Assembly: GCA_025449535.1 (NCBI GenBank)
Contig: JANWJF010000001.1
Location: 677,136 to 741,135, forward strand
DNA length: 64,000 nt
Origin: Candidatus Saccharimonadia bacterium
Lineage (GTDB): Bacteria; Patescibacteriota; SICC01
Direction of reading: 5' to 3'
A program made the translations under genes and the position numbers. Under the pieces are notes generated by a model. The model was not told the DNA's origin, did not search any database, and was given only the letters and a program-made list of their open reading frames with translations. Below, piece after piece: positions 16,724 through 27,179 of this stretch. Position 1 is the first letter of the stretch. Each line of letters begins with the position of its first letter.

Positions 16724-17470
16724 GCTGTCCTTTTAAAACGCATTTTTCACTCACGCGACGCCAGCTGTGCTTATCGAGCATGCCTGGCGTCGCGTGAGCT
16801 TCACGTGACAACCCGGAGGAGTGGCAGAGCGGTTGAATGCAGCGGCCTCTAAAGCCGTCAGTTCCCCGCCGGGGAACTTCCCACCAAGGGTTCGAATCCC
16901 TTCTCCTCCGTTCCGGGTGCTGGCGTTCATCGCTGGAACTCACTGTTTATGAGATTGCGGGTAACACCGCCCCCGGAGTCACTTGCTGCGCAAGCAGCAC
17001 CTGCTGCGTACGGACCCGTTCGACTGGGGACCGTACTCAGGTCGGCGCGTGGCTTTTAGAGCCAGGTCGCGTGCCGGATCTTCTCCCTCGGTCGATCCGA
17101 CCAGGGAAATCGTGCGCCGAACTGTCAGGGACGGCGTCCGCAGCGCGAACGAACCGCGCCGCGACCACGAAGCGATCCATCGGGCGATAGGGGCGATGGA
17201 ATCGCAGCAGTGCCGTCGTTTCGTCCGTGCTCCGAGACGACGGTGGGCCTCAACTCATCAGGCCTATGACGGTCCGGGAGCCGGTATCTGAGACCTCGAC
17301 CTCAGCTGCCACCAAAAGGCTCCCGGACCGGAACTTCCCCCAGCACGCGGCCACGACCCATCTCGGGTTCGACACATCAGCCGCTTTCCGACTTCGCAGA
17401 CCATCCAATCTCCGAAGACTTGAATACGAAGCTCGCAAGCCTTCACCGGCGCCCCACGCGAGCTTCTTTC
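16724..17470 (+). ncRNA. candidate large structured RNA containing a tRNA(CUA) domain
   Basis: Own promoter and terminal hairpin (17428-17470); perfect stems 16750-16764/16784-16798 (15 bp) and 17270-17282/17318-17330 (13 bp); long-range 16917-16923/17340-17346; no ORF with host codon bias. Confidence 0.6.
16815..16910 (+). tRNA. serine-type tRNA with CUA (amber) anticodon and oversized variable arm
   Basis: Acceptor GGAGGAG/CTCCTCC+G73; D arm GCAGAGCGGTTGAATGC; anticodon arm GCGGC-CTCTAAA-GCCGT; T arm AAGGG-TTCGAAT-CCCTT. Confidence 0.88.
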
Positions 17471-17510
17471 AATTGTGCTCGGAATCCTGCCGGATAGTAC
17501 GATTAGGGGC

Positions 17511-18203
17511 ATGAAGATCGATGTCGTCACATTGTTTCCCGACTACCTGACCGGACCGCTCGGTCAAAGCATGATGCGCAAGGCCTCCGAATCCGGGTTG
17601 GTCGAGTTCGGCGTGCACGACCTCCGGCAGTGGGGCATCGGCAAGCGCCGGACGGTCGACGGGATCCCGTATGGCGGCGGCGCCGGCATGGTGCTGCGAC
17701 CGGAGCCGCTGTTCAGGGCGTTCACGGAGCTGCAGAGCCCGGACATGCACCGGATCTATCTGACACCGCAAGGCAAGCGGTTCGAACAGTCCGACGCGGA
17801 ACGACTCGCCAAGCACAAGCACCTGATCCTCCTGGCCGGCCGGTACGAGGGGGTCGACGGTCGCGTCCGCGACCGGCTGGTCGACGAGGAACTCTCAATC
17901 GGCGATTACGTCCTCACCGGCGGGGAACTACCGGCGTTGGTGGTGATCGACGCCGTGGTCCGGCACGTGCCGGGCGTGCTCGGCGACGAGCGTTCGAGCC
18001 AGGAAGAGACGTTCTCGGAACCGCTCGGCGGCGGTTTGGAATATCCGCACTATACCCGGCCGGAAATCTTCAAGGATCCCCAGACCGGCAAGCAGCTGAA
18101 GGTCCCGGACGTGCTACTCACCGGGCATCACGCGGACATCGAGAAGTGGCGGAAGGAGCAGTCCAAGGCCGCTACGCGGTCCCGGCGTCCCGACCTGACC
18201 TAG
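17511..18203 (+). CDS. trmD: tRNA (guanine37-N1)-methyltransferase
   Basis: PYGGGAGMV, GRYEGVD, SIGDYVLTGGELPA, LEYPHYTRP. Confidence 0.98.
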   Translation: MKIDVVTLFPDYLTGPLGQSMMRKASESGLVEFGVHDLRQWGIGKRRTVDGIPYGGGAGMVLRPEPLFRAFTELQSPDMHRIYLTPQGKRFEQSDAERLAKHKHLILLAGRYEGVDGRVRDRLVDEELSIGDYVLTGGELPALVVIDAVVRHVPGVLGDERSSQEETFSEPLGGGLEYPHYTRPEIFKDPQTGKQLKVPDVLLTGHHADIEKWRKEQSKAATRSRRPDLT

Positions 18204-18456
18204 ATTGCTCAAACACCCTATCCGGTGCTTGAATCATCGCGTTACTTACTCCATCGCTCAACGGGTCGATGGCATCCATGCCATGCACCAAACCTTCCCT
18301 GAGCACATGGGCCAAGTCGAACAGCGTCCGATCGAGCTCTTCGCGTGTTTCCGGGTCCAGAGCTTCGAGGTCGAGACCTTCGATTTCGAGCGTCAGTTTC
18401 GCGGCCGGCTTGGCGACCGCTTCGGCTTCGATCCGTCCTGCTGATTCTTCTGCCAT
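18172..18456 (-). CDS. hypothetical protein
   Basis: 94-aa acidic ORF convergent with trmD. Confidence 0.55.
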   Translation of the reverse strand: MAEESAGRIEAEAVAKPAAKLTLEIEGLDLEALDPETREELDRTLFDLAHVLREGLVHGMDAIDPLSDGVSNAMIQAPDRVFEQSRSGRDAGTA

Positions 18457-18489
18457 GAGCTTATAGGAGGTTCGTGGCCATAGTACCGC

Positions 18490-19353
18490 TCATTTCGTGA
18501 ACGCGTGGAGTGTCAGATGCTTCTCGATGGCCAAGGCGGCCCGGGCCAACCCGTGCCGTCCTTCCGTACCCGCGATCTCGGAGGCCCGCAACCGGACCGC
18601 CATACCCCGGCCTTCCGCTTCGATTTCACCTTGGCCTACCTCGATTTCTGCCAGATTCCTGCCGTTCTCGTCGAAGCAATACTGGGCCAGCACCCGACCG
18701 ATGACGGAGTGTTCCAGTCCCTCCGCTTCGCGTAAGCCGCGCCGTTCCAGCGTCCACTCCGCGTCGGGTCGCACTTGCCACTCCGGTGCCGCTCCCGCGA
18801 GCAATGATTCGAGCATGTCATCGGTGACCACCTCCGGTGCCGAACCTTCCAGGGCGAACTCGGCGCGTTCGATATCGAGTACCCGGGCGGCCACGGCGAC
18901 CTGTTCCGGCGTGGCGGGTTGGTGCGCAGCGGTCTCGATCTCCTCGGCCGTCTTGAGCAGTACCGCGGCCAGGCCCCGACGTTCCCGCGGCACGCGTTTG
19001 AAAAGGCCCTTCTTACGTTTGTCGTCCTTCGCGAAGTCCTTGCGCCAGCGATCGGCCCGCTTGCCCTCGTCGCGTTCCCCGGTTTCCAGCATGATCTCCA
19101 GATGTCGAGGGTCGATCGGCGGGCATCCCGAGTGCTCGCGCAGCCAGTCGTACGTCAGTTCCACCGTCCGACGTGACTGTGGGTCCTCCCGGACGAGAAC
19201 CAGCAACGCTTGGATGCCCGGGTTGGCGAACGCTTCCTCGAACGTGTCCCGGTCCCAGGTGCCTGCTTCGCGCTCCTGTTCTCGCCGTGCTTCCCGGTAC
19301 CGGCGTAGCCGTTCCTCCCGTATCGGGTCCCAATCTCCGACTAATCCCTCTAT
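18490..19353 (-). CDS. hypothetical protein, probable non-canonical ATA start
   Basis: Frame stays open upstream of TTG 19206 to ATA 19353, preceded by GAAAGGA; host-like codons. Confidence 0.6.
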   Translation of the reverse strand: MEGLVGDWDPIREERLRRYREARREQEREAGTWDRDTFEEAFANPGIQALLVLVREDPQSRRTVELTYDWLREHSGCPPIDPRHLEIMLETGERDEGKRADRWRKDFAKDDKRKKGLFKRVPRERRGLAAVLLKTAEEIETAAHQPATPEQVAVAARVLDIERAEFALEGSAPEVVTDDMLESLLAGAAPEWQVRPDAEWTLERRGLREAEGLEHSVIGRVLAQYCFDENGRNLAEIEVGQGEIEAEGRGMAVRLRASEIAGTEGRHGLARAALAIEKHLTLHAFTK

Positions 19354-19392
19354 GGTCGTTCCTTTCGCTTAACGGGCTATACTACCCTTCGC

Positions 19393-21396
19393 ATGCCGAA
19401 GTTTAAACTCCATTCCGAGTTCAAGCCCGCCGGCGACCAGCCGCAGGCGATCCGGCAGTTGGTGGCCGGATTAGGGAAGGGCGAGCGCGACCAGACGTTG
19501 CTCGGCGTGACCGGATCCGGGAAGACGTTCACGATGGCGAACATCGTCGAGCAGGTCCAGAAACCGACGCTGGTACTGGCGCACAACAAGACGCTGGCCG
19601 CACAACTGGCCGCCGAGTTCCGGGACTTCTTCCCGGAGAACGCGGTGCAGTACTTCGTGAGCTACTACGACTACTACCAACCGGAAGCGTACGTCCCGCA
19701 GTCCGACACCTACATTGAGAAGGACGCGGACATCAACGAGGAAATCGACAAGCTCCGCCACGCCGCGACGATGAGCCTGCTGACCCGGCCGGACGTCCTG
19801 ATCGTGGCGTCCGTCTCGTGCATCTACGGCCTCGGTTCGCCGTCCGACTACCAGAACGTGCACATCACCCTCAAGAAAGGCGACTCGCGAGATCGCGACA
19901 AACTGCTGCGCCAGATGATCGACCTGCAGTACGAGCGGAACGAGGTAGACTTCCGTCGCGGGCGGTTCCGGGTGAAGGGCGACGTCGTCGAGGTCTTCCC
20001 GGCGTACGAGGACTTCGCGTACAAGATCGACTTCTTCGGCGACGAGATTGAGAAGATCACCGCCATCGACTACCTCACCGGGGAGCTACTGGATGAGAAG
20101 GAGGAGCTGCATCTGTATCCCGCCAGCCACTGGGTGACCACTCCGGAGAAGCTGCCAGGGGCGATCAAGCAGATCGAGGCGGACCTGGACCTGCGGTTGA
20201 AGGAACTCACCGACATGGGCAAAGTCGTGGAAGCGGAACGGCTGAAGAGCCGGACGAACTACGACCTGGAGATGATCCGCGAGACCGGCTTCTGCTCCGG
20301 CATCGAGAACTACTCCCGGTACCTGGCCGGACGGAAGGCCGGGGAGCGCCCGAGCTGCTTACTCGACTACTTCCCGGACGACTACCTGATGTTCGTCGAC
20401 GAATCGCACATGACGATCCCGCAGGTCGGCGCGATGTACGAAGGGGACCGTTCGCGCAAACGGACGTTGGTGGACTTCGGGTTCCGGCTGCCCAGCGCGA
20501 TGGACAACCGCCCGCTCCGCTTCAGCGAGTTCGAGCGGCTCGTGAACCAGTCGATCTACGTCTCGGCCACACCGCGGGACTTCGAGATCTCGCGTTCGAA
20601 GGTCGTCGCCGAGCAAGTGGTCCGGCCGACGGGCCTGCTCGATCCGCCGGTGGACGTCCGGCCGACGGAAGACCAGATCGATGACCTGATCGGCGAGATC
20701 AAGGAGACGGTAAAGAAAGGCCAGCGCGCGTTGGTCACCACGCTGACGAAGAAGATGGCGGAGGACCTCTCCGAGTACCTGAAGGAAGCCGAGGTAAAGG
20801 TGACGTACCTGCACTCCGACATCGAGACGTTTGAACGGACGGAGATCCTGCGCGCCCTGCGGGCCGGCGAGTACGACGTCGTGGTCGGGATCAACCTGCT
20901 CCGGGAAGGCCTGGATCTGCCGGAAGTGTCGCTGGTGGCGATCCTGGACGCCGACAAGGAGGGCTTCCTGCGCAGTGATACCTCCCTGATCCAGACCATG
21001 GGCCGGGCCGCCCGGCACGTGGAAGGGCGGGTGATCATGTACGCCGACCGGGTCACCGACTCGATGCGGCGAGCGATGGACGAGACCAAGCGCCGCCGCG
21101 GGAAGCAGGAAACCTACAACAAGAAGCACGGCATCACGCCGCAAGGGATCAAGAAGAAGATCGCGGAAGGGATCCGAGCCGAGGAGCGCGTGGAGGAAGA
21201 GGAGGTCGCGGAGATACTTGCCGATGCGAAGAAGCACGTCGACCTGCCGCCGGAACAGATGCAGCGGTACCTGCACGACCTCAAGGTGCAGATGGAGATG
21301 GCGGCGGAGAATCTGGAGTTCGAGAAGGCGGCTGCGCTACGCGACAGGATCTCGGAACTCAAGAAGAAGTCGAAGCATACTGGCGCGGCGAAGTAG
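19393..21396 (+). CDS. uvrB: excinuclease ABC subunit B
   Basis: [26 protein letters not shown]-terminal FEKAAALRD. Confidence 0.98.
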   Translation: MPKFKLHSEFKPAGDQPQAIRQLVAGLGKGERDQTLLGVTGSGKTFTMANIVEQVQKPTLVLAHNKTLAAQLAAEFRDFFPENAVQYFVSYYDYYQPEAYVPQSDTYIEKDADINEEIDKLRHAATMSLLTRPDVLIVASVSCIYGLGSPSDYQNVHITLKKGDSRDRDKLLRQMIDLQYERNEVDFRRGRFRVKGDVVEVFPAYEDFAYKIDFFGDEIEKITAIDYLTGELLDEKEELHLYPASHWVTTPEKLPGAIKQIEADLDLRLKELTDMGKVVEAERLKSRTNYDLEMIRETGFCSGIENYSRYLAGRKAGERPSCLLDYFPDDYLMFVDESHMTIPQVGAMYEGDRSRKRTLVDFGFRLPSAMDNRPLRFSEFERLVNQSIYVSATPRDFEISRSKVVAEQVVRPTGLLDPPVDVRPTEDQIDDLIGEIKETVKKGQRALVTTLTKKMAEDLSEYLKEAEVKVTYLHSDIETFERTEILRALRAGEYDVVVGINLLREGLDLPEVSLVAILDADKEGFLRSDTSLIQTMGRAARHVEGRVIMYADRVTDSMRRAMDETKRRRGKQETYNKKHGITPQGIKKKIAEGIRAEERVEEEEVAEILADAKKHVDLPPEQMQRYLHDLKVQMEMAAENLEFEKAAALRDRISELKKKSKHTGAAK

Positions 21397-21399
21397 TCC

Positions 21400-21738
21400 T
21401 CACCCCGACGCTTCGCGAAGTACGCGGGTCAAATCTTTAATTAGGTCGAGACTAGCCTTTCGGCCATGCTCGTCGTATAGTCTGCCACCTCTCAGCTCCA
21501 ATTTGGTTGCCTTACCATTGCCGTCAGTATGGGTGGCTCGATAACCGTATACATTCACTTCCCAAGCTTTACGCCACGAATCGGTTGCTTTATCCCAGCT
21601 CGTAGGGATGTCAGTGACGTTGCCTTCTCCATCGTGTGGGATACCAGGACTCCAGGCATGTCCCAGCTCGAGTAGTAAATCGTCACGTTCACTCGGAACG
21701 TTCTGGATTTCGAGATCCTTGCTGCCTTCAATGCCCAT
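21400..21738 (-). CDS. hypothetical protein, lower GC
   Basis: 112-aa ORF filling the gap downstream of uvrB. Confidence 0.55.
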   Translation of the reverse strand: MGIEGSKDLEIQNVPSERDDLLLELGHAWSPGIPHDGEGNVTDIPTSWDKATDSWRKAWEVNVYGYRATHTDGNGKATKLELRGGRLYDEHGRKASLDLIKDLTRVLREASG

Positions 21739-21771
21739 GGCAAGCAATCCTTGCAAAGATGAAGAAGGAAA

Positions 21772-22302
21772 TCAACTCTGGAACGGCAACGCGTGGATCA
21801 AGTCGTCTGTCGAGCCGGCGCCCTCCTGGAAGTGTTCATGCTCGGCCGGTGGCAGCCCGATCAACGGGTAGAAGTGGAGCACGTCCGTTCGGACCAGGAA
21901 TCCGATAGCGCCATCCCCGGAGCGCACCGGAGCGGGGGGCATGGCTTTCTTCGCCTGCTGCAGCTTCGTCGCGTAGTCCAGCGTCTCGTCCTTGCCTGCT
22001 GCTTCCGGCAGGCGCAATATGCTGATCGCCCGGTGGCCGGGCCCGTACACGATCGGGCCGTCCTCACCCGGCTCCGCCGTCGCGAAGACGAACTGCGGAT
22101 GGACGGTCTGGCCCGGTTGGGCCTCGGCGGCCGGGACCGTGGCTTCCAGCGCCATCCGTTCGCTGATGTGCGAGAGGTCGGGTACCGGTCGGTTCGGCGT
22201 CACCGACACCGTCAACTCGCCGCGCTTCCCGGAAAACCCGAAGACCACCCGGCGGGTGACGGGGGCTGTGTTTCCGTCTCCCCAGAACTCTCCGGTCATC
22301 AC
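21772..22302 (-). CDS. hypothetical protein
   Basis: 176-aa ORF with host-like codon usage. Confidence 0.6.
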   Translation of the reverse strand: MMTGEFWGDGNTAPVTRRVVFGFSGKRGELTVSVTPNRPVPDLSHISERMALEATVPAAEAQPGQTVHPQFVFATAEPGEDGPIVYGPGHRAISILRLPEAAGKDETLDYATKLQQAKKAMPPAPVRSGDGAIGFLVRTDVLHFYPLIGLPPAEHEHFQEGAGSTDDLIHALPFQS

Positions 22303-22303
22303 G

Positions 22304-22420
22304 CTAGGTGATTAACAGGGCGCCGAGCAGGAGCGAGGAGATGACCACCGGCAGCAGCAGGAGCTTGATCGATCCGGCCGAGCGGTTGTCGAGGTCAGTC
22401 GTGTTTTCGATGTCCTTCAT
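22304..22420 (-). CDS. 38-aa membrane peptide
   Basis: MKDIENTTDLDNRSAGSIKLLLLPVVISSLLLGALLIT; below the ORF-track cutoff. Confidence 0.5.
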   Translation of the reverse strand: MKDIENTTDLDNRSAGSIKLLLLPVVISSLLLGALLIT

Positions 22421-22495
22421 GTGGTGTAAACGGTACCAAGACCCATACTACCCATAGATAGGGTCGGCGCAATATCGCGTACCGGGGCTATAACC

Positions 22496-22544
22496 TTGAC
22501 CTAGCACGCGATGCGACGATATACTGGGTCAATCTGTGATTGAC
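22496..22544 (+). promoter_or_regulatory. uvrA promoter with downstream palindrome
   Basis: TTGACC-18-TATACT followed by GTCAATC-TGT-GATTGAC. Confidence 0.6.
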
Positions 22545-22562
22545 TTATTTTTGGCTTCGTAA

Positions 22563-25433
22563 ATGCAGAAACTTACCGTCCGAGGTGCTCGCGAGCATAA
22601 CCTCCAGAATGTCGACCTGGAGATCCCGCGTGACAAGCTGGTGGTCTTCACCGGGCTGTCCGGATCCGGCAAAAGCTCGTTGGCGTTCGACACGATCTAC
22701 GCGGAAGGCCAGCGCCGGTACGTGGAGTCCCTGTCCGCGTATGCCCGTCAGTTCCTCGGGCTGATGGAGAAGCCGGACGTGGATCAGATCGACGGGCTCA
22801 GCCCCGCGATCTCGATTGACCAAAAGTCCGCTTCACGCAATCCGCGCTCGACCGTCGGCACCGTGACCGAGGTCTACGACTACCTGCGGCTGCTGTTCTC
22901 CCGGATCGGGACGCCGCACTGTCCGATTTGCACGGCGGAAGTGCGTCGCCAGACGCCGACCGAAGTGGCGGATCAAATCCGTAAACTCCCCGCCGGTACC
23001 AAGCTGATGCTGCTTGGACCGGTGGTCATCGACCGGAAAGGCGAGCACGAGAAGATCTTCGAGAAGCTTCAGAAGGGCGGCTTCTCGCGCGTCCGGGTGG
23101 ACGGTACCGTCCGGGAGCTGGCGGACGACTTCCCGAAGCTCGACAAGAAGAAGAAACATACGATCGAGGCCGTCGTCGACCGACTGATCATCAAGCCGGA
23201 CCTGGGCAACCGCCTGTTCGACTCCGTCCAGACGGCGCTCGGCGTCGGCGAAGGGACGATGTTCGTGGAATCGGTCGAGGGCGCCAAGAAGAAGCCCACG
23301 AAGTGGCGCTTCTCCGAGGATTACGCCTGTCCGAACGGCCACCCGTCGCTGCCGCCGCTGGAGCCGCGCTCCTTCTCGTTCAACAGTCCGCACGGCGCCT
23401 GCCCGCGCTGCACGGGACTCGGCTCGCGTCTGGAGGTCGACCCGAAGAAGTGCATCCCGAACACCCGGCTGACCCTGGCGGAAGGCGCGATCCGGCCCTG
23501 GAGTCGGACCACCTCCCGGATGACCTGGTACTCACGACTGCTCGAGGGCCTGTCGGAAGCGCTCGACTTCTCGCTGGACACGCCGGTCGGCGGCCTGCCG
23601 CCGGGCGTGATCAAGGCGATCTTCCACGGCGTCGAAGGTGAGATCACGGTCCGGCAGGGCAGCCGGACGTTCAAGACGACCTATGAAGGCGTCGCGCCGA
23701 ACCTGGAGCGCCGTCACCGCGAGACGGAATCCGACTACGTCCGCAAGGAGATCGAGAAGTACATGACGTTGAAGCCATGTCCGCTCTGCAAGGGCAAGCG
23801 GCTGCGGCCGGAAATCCTCGGCGTGAGCATCGCCGACAAGTCGATCGTCGACGTGTCCGAGCTACCGGTGGACGAGGCGCAGAAGTACTTCTCGGGACTC
23901 CAGCTCACGGACAAGCAGAAACAGATCGCCAAGCAGATCTGCAAGGAGATCCGGGAGCGCCTGAAGTTCCTGGAGGACGTCGGGCTCGGGTACCTGACCC
24001 TGTCCCGCGCGGCCAACACGCTCTCCGGCGGCGAGGCGCAACGGATCCGCCTGGCGACCCAGATCGGATCGGCGCTGATGGGGGTCCTCTACATCCTCGA
24101 CGAGCCGAGCATCGGCCTGCACCAGCGGGACAACGCCAAGCTGATCGCCACGCTGCAGACGCTGCGCGACCTCGGTAACACGGTGATCGTCGTCGAGCAC
24201 GACCGGGAGACGATGGAAGCCGCGGACTGGCTGGTGGACATCGGCCCGGGCGCCGGTGAGCACGGCGGGAAGATCATCGCCCAAGGTGCACCGAAGAAGG
24301 TACGCGAGTCCAAGCGTTCGATCACCGGGCGGTACCTGCGTGGCGAGGACGACATCGACCTGCCGGCCAAGCGGCGCGAGGGCAACGGTCATGCCATCCG
24401 GGTGGTCGGCGCCAAGGAGAACAACCTGTGTGACCTCACGGTGGAGTTCCCGCTCGGCAAGTTCGTGACGGTGACCGGCGTGTCCGGCTCCGGCAAGAGC
24501 TCGCTGGTCGACCAGATCCTCTCGAAGAAACTCGCCCAACACTTCCATCGGGCGCAGGAAGTCCCCGGGGAGCATGAGGCGGTGGAGGGCCTGGAGCACC
24601 TCAATAAAGTGATTACCATCGACCAGTCGCCGATCGGCCGGACGCCGCGATCCAATCCCGCGACCTACACCGGGGTCTTCACGAACATCCGTGACCTGTT
24701 CGCGGCTACCAACGAGGCGAAGATGCGCGGCTATTCCGCCGGGCGGTTCAGCTTCAACGTGAAGGGCGGCCGCTGCGAGCACTGCCGCGGGGACGGCGTG
24801 ATCAAGATCGAGATGCACTTCCTGCCGGACGTCTACGTTCCGTGCGAGGAATGCCATGGCAAGCGGTACAACAAGGAGGCGCTGGAGATCCACTACAAGG
24901 GCAAGACCATCGCCGACGTGTTGGAGATGACGATCGAGAAGGCGGCCGCGTTCTTCGAGCACATCCCGGTGATCAAGCAGAAGCTCGGCACGCTGAACGA
25001 CGTCGGACTCGGGTACATGCGGCTCGGCCAGCCGGCGACGACGCTCTCCGGCGGCGAGGCCCAACGGATCAAGTTGGCCACCGAGTTGTCCCGCCGGGCC
25101 ACCGGCCAGACGCTCTACATCCTCGACGAGCCGACCACCGGCCTGCACTTCGAGGACATCAAGCGGTTGCTCGAGGTCCTGAACCGACTGGTCGACATGG
25201 GCAACACGCTGCTCGTGATCGAGCACAACCTGGACGTGATCAAGACCGCCGACCACGTGATCGACCTCGGCCCCGATGGTGGCAACGCCGGGGGGCAGAT
25301 CGTCGCCCAGGGGACGCCGGAGACCGTCTCCAAGGTGAAGCAGTCCTACACCGGCAAGTACCTCGTCGACGAGCTCAAGCGCTCCAAGAAGGCGCCGCCG
25401 AAGAAGTACACCAGCCACCCGGTCACGGCGTAA
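22563..25433 (+). CDS. uvrA: excinuclease ABC subunit A
   Basis: [30 protein letters not shown], two LSGGEAQR motifs, Zn fingers. Confidence 0.98.
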   Translation: MQKLTVRGAREHNLQNVDLEIPRDKLVVFTGLSGSGKSSLAFDTIYAEGQRRYVESLSAYARQFLGLMEKPDVDQIDGLSPAISIDQKSASRNPRSTVGTVTEVYDYLRLLFSRIGTPHCPICTAEVRRQTPTEVADQIRKLPAGTKLMLLGPVVIDRKGEHEKIFEKLQKGGFSRVRVDGTVRELADDFPKLDKKKKHTIEAVVDRLIIKPDLGNRLFDSVQTALGVGEGTMFVESVEGAKKKPTKWRFSEDYACPNGHPSLPPLEPRSFSFNSPHGACPRCTGLGSRLEVDPKKCIPNTRLTLAEGAIRPWSRTTSRMTWYSRLLEGLSEALDFSLDTPVGGLPPGVIKAIFHGVEGEITVRQGSRTFKTTYEGVAPNLERRHRETESDYVRKEIEKYMTLKPCPLCKGKRLRPEILGVSIADKSIVDVSELPVDEAQKYFSGLQLTDKQKQIAKQICKEIRERLKFLEDVGLGYLTLSRAANTLSGGEAQRIRLATQIGSALMGVLYILDEPSIGLHQRDNAKLIATLQTLRDLGNTVIVVEHDRETMEAADWLVDIGPGAGEHGGKIIAQGAPKKVRESKRSITGRYLRGEDDIDLPAKRREGNGHAIRVVGAKENNLCDLTVEFPLGKFVTVTGVSGSGKSSLVDQILSKKLAQHFHRAQEVPGEHEAVEGLEHLNKVITIDQSPIGRTPRSNPATYTGVFTNIRDLFAATNEAKMRGYSAGRFSFNVKGGRCEHCRGDGVIKIEMHFLPDVYVPCEECHGKRYNKEALEIHYKGKTIADVLEMTIEKAAAFFEHIPVIKQKLGTLNDVGLGYMRLGQPATTLSGGEAQRIKLATELSRRATGQTLYILDEPTTGLHFEDIKRLLEVLNRLVDMGNTLLVIEHNLDVIKTADHVIDLGPDGGNAGGQIVAQGTPETVSKVKQSYTGKYLVDELKRSKKAPPKKYTSHPVTA

Positions 25434-25449
25434 CCGGCGATTTGAGCAC

Positions 25450-25607
25450 TTGACGGATAGGCTAAAAAAGCCTATGATTTAGCGCTTTCTGAGTAAGGGA
25501 GGCCGTACGTTAATCTGAGGCGACCGAGGTCGCCTGAGGTAGGCGGACGAAAAACCGTTGCAAGGCGGCGCCTTGCGTAACAACTCACGAAAACGAAAAG
25601 GAGGTGC
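25450..25607 (+). promoter_or_regulatory. promoter and structured 5' leader of membrane-protein gene
   Basis: TTGACG-17-TATGAT; hairpins AGGCGACC/GGTCGCCT and GCAAGGC/GCCTTGC; SD AAGGAGG. Confidence 0.55.
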
Positions 25608-27065
25608 GTGATGCCACGCATCGACGCCGTACGCGGTTTCTTCTCCAAAAAGAACGAAGCCGAGAAAGACAAGGAAGGCCCCGACCCGCTTCGGCGGATG
25701 ATCGGCACGATCAAAGACCGGGCGGGGCGGAGCGAGGTGCTGGTCCGGATATCCAAGGAGGCACCGGTCTACCTGAAGTACGCTGGAATACCGGTAATCG
25801 CGCTCCTCGGGCTCGTCCTGATGCTCCTCGGTCACATCCCGCTGGTGCTCACGGTGACGGGCCTCGGCCTGATTCTGTACCGGAAGTACCTCTGGGCGGC
25901 CTTGCCGCTGTTCGTCCTCGGTGTACTGGGGATGTTCGGATACGTGCTGGAAGTCGGTTCCGGCGGCATGAGCGAGGACGTCGACAACGGCTTCTTCATG
26001 GCCGCGCTTGGCATCTCGGTGATGCTCGGCGCCGTCGCCTATCTCCTCCGAGAGGACCGTCCGGCGATCCTGCTGGCGGGGCTCCTCGGATTCCTGGAGT
26101 GGGTGGCCTTGCAAGCACTGAGCCTTAGCGACTACAGCAACCTGTTCTACGTGGTCGTGTTCCTGGCCCTCGTGGGGGTCGCCTTCGTGGCGATCCTGCT
26201 GTTCAGCGAGACGTGGGACTCTGCCGCGGTAGCTGCGATCGGCCTGGCGGCGTTCCACGCGCTCTGGCTGCTGCTGAGCTCCGGGTCCGGTACGAACTTC
26301 GACACCCTCGGAGACGGCCGGTTCGAGCAGTTCCTCTGCGGAGGGCTGCTGGTGCTCCTGGCGGCCACGTTGCTGCTCGTACCGCAGCGGACTGGCACCA
26401 AGGACAAGTCGGAGGAAGAGACCGAGGAAACGGAGGAACGGCCGGTCGACGAGCCTCCGGAGGACGAACCGCCCGCGAGGGTGTTCGCGATGCCTCCGGC
26501 GTCGGACGAAGAGCCGCCGTTGGCGGAACCGGAACACGCGATCGAACCGTCACCACCGGAACCCGCGGTGACGCGCTCTCCGGGTGTCGACTACGGGTAC
26601 GTGGAAGACCAGCCCGCCGCGATCCAGCGGATCTGGGCCACACTGACCGACGAGCAGCGGGAACTCATCCCGGAACTGCTCCATTGGCAGCTCTACCGCG
26701 GGCCGGCGGCCAACGGCAGCGACCGGTACAACGAGGCGTTGGACCCTGGCCTCCGGGAACGTGCCGAACGATGTGGCCTGACGCCTCAGCAGTTCGCTGG
26801 AATCGCAGGCTCTAAGGCCGCCACCATCCTGGCCGCGCATGCGGACCGTGATGGCAAAATCCCGGACGGGGTCTGGCACGAGCCAGGTTCGGGACCCAGG
26901 ATCCTCGACCGCCTCATGGGTGGACTCAACAGGTTCGTGGGCGACCGCTACAAAATCGAAAAAGCTCAGCCTGAACCAGACGGCATTCGTCCAGCCATCC
27001 TCACGGAGCTACACATCACTCCGCGGGAGGTCGTCGAAGCGCATCAGCGTTTGGCCTACGGCTGA
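25608..27065 (+). CDS. polytopic membrane protein with acidic/Pro-rich linker and soluble C-terminal domain
   Basis: ~8 hydrophobic segments then EEETEETEERPVDEPPEDEPP; strong SD. Confidence 0.75.
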   Translation: MMPRIDAVRGFFSKKNEAEKDKEGPDPLRRMIGTIKDRAGRSEVLVRISKEAPVYLKYAGIPVIALLGLVLMLLGHIPLVLTVTGLGLILYRKYLWAALPLFVLGVLGMFGYVLEVGSGGMSEDVDNGFFMAALGISVMLGAVAYLLREDRPAILLAGLLGFLEWVALQALSLSDYSNLFYVVVFLALVGVAFVAILLFSETWDSAAVAAIGLAAFHALWLLLSSGSGTNFDTLGDGRFEQFLCGGLLVLLAATLLLVPQRTGTKDKSEEETEETEERPVDEPPEDEPPARVFAMPPASDEEPPLAEPEHAIEPSPPEPAVTRSPGVDYGYVEDQPAAIQRIWATLTDEQRELIPELLHWQLYRGPAANGSDRYNEALDPGLRERAERCGLTPQQFAGIAGSKAATILAAHADRDGKIPDGVWHEPGSGPRILDRLMGGLNRFVGDRYKIEKAQPEPDGIRPAILTELHITPREVVEAHQRLAYG

Positions 27066-27085
27066 AAAAAAGAAAGGGGGAATAC

Positions 27086-27132
27086 GGGGTTGCGTCGCGC
27101 AAGCATTTTTCATGCGCGATGCGACCCCTTTT
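27086..27132 (+). terminator. intrinsic terminator
   Basis: GGGGTTGCGTCGCGCA/TGCGCGATGCGACCCC followed by TTTT. Confidence 0.7.
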
Positions 27133-27179
27133 CCATTTGTGTCCGCTTTCCCGTCGCCGCACCCGGTACAATTGGCCTG

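Noticed and set aside
16815-16910. Genome-wide TAG reassignment or a pyrrolysine system
   Set aside because: Many conserved genes end in TAG at the expected place and none shows an internal TAG. The tRNA has a long variable arm and 5-bp anticodon stem, unlike tRNA-Pyl, and no pyl genes are in the window.
16983-17291. 102-aa ORF (and overlapping ORFs) downstream of the amber tRNA
   Set aside because: Arg/Ser/Pro-rich, lacks host codon bias and overlaps dense hairpins; more likely non-coding.
16911-17470. RNase P RNA, tmRNA or self-splicing intron as the identity of the structured regions (also 31324-31705 and 5413-5780)
   Set aside because: I found no GAGGAAAGTCC P4 motif, no Ala-tRNA-like ends with tag ORF, and no group I/II core or split exon. 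A covariance search is still needed to exclude divergent forms.
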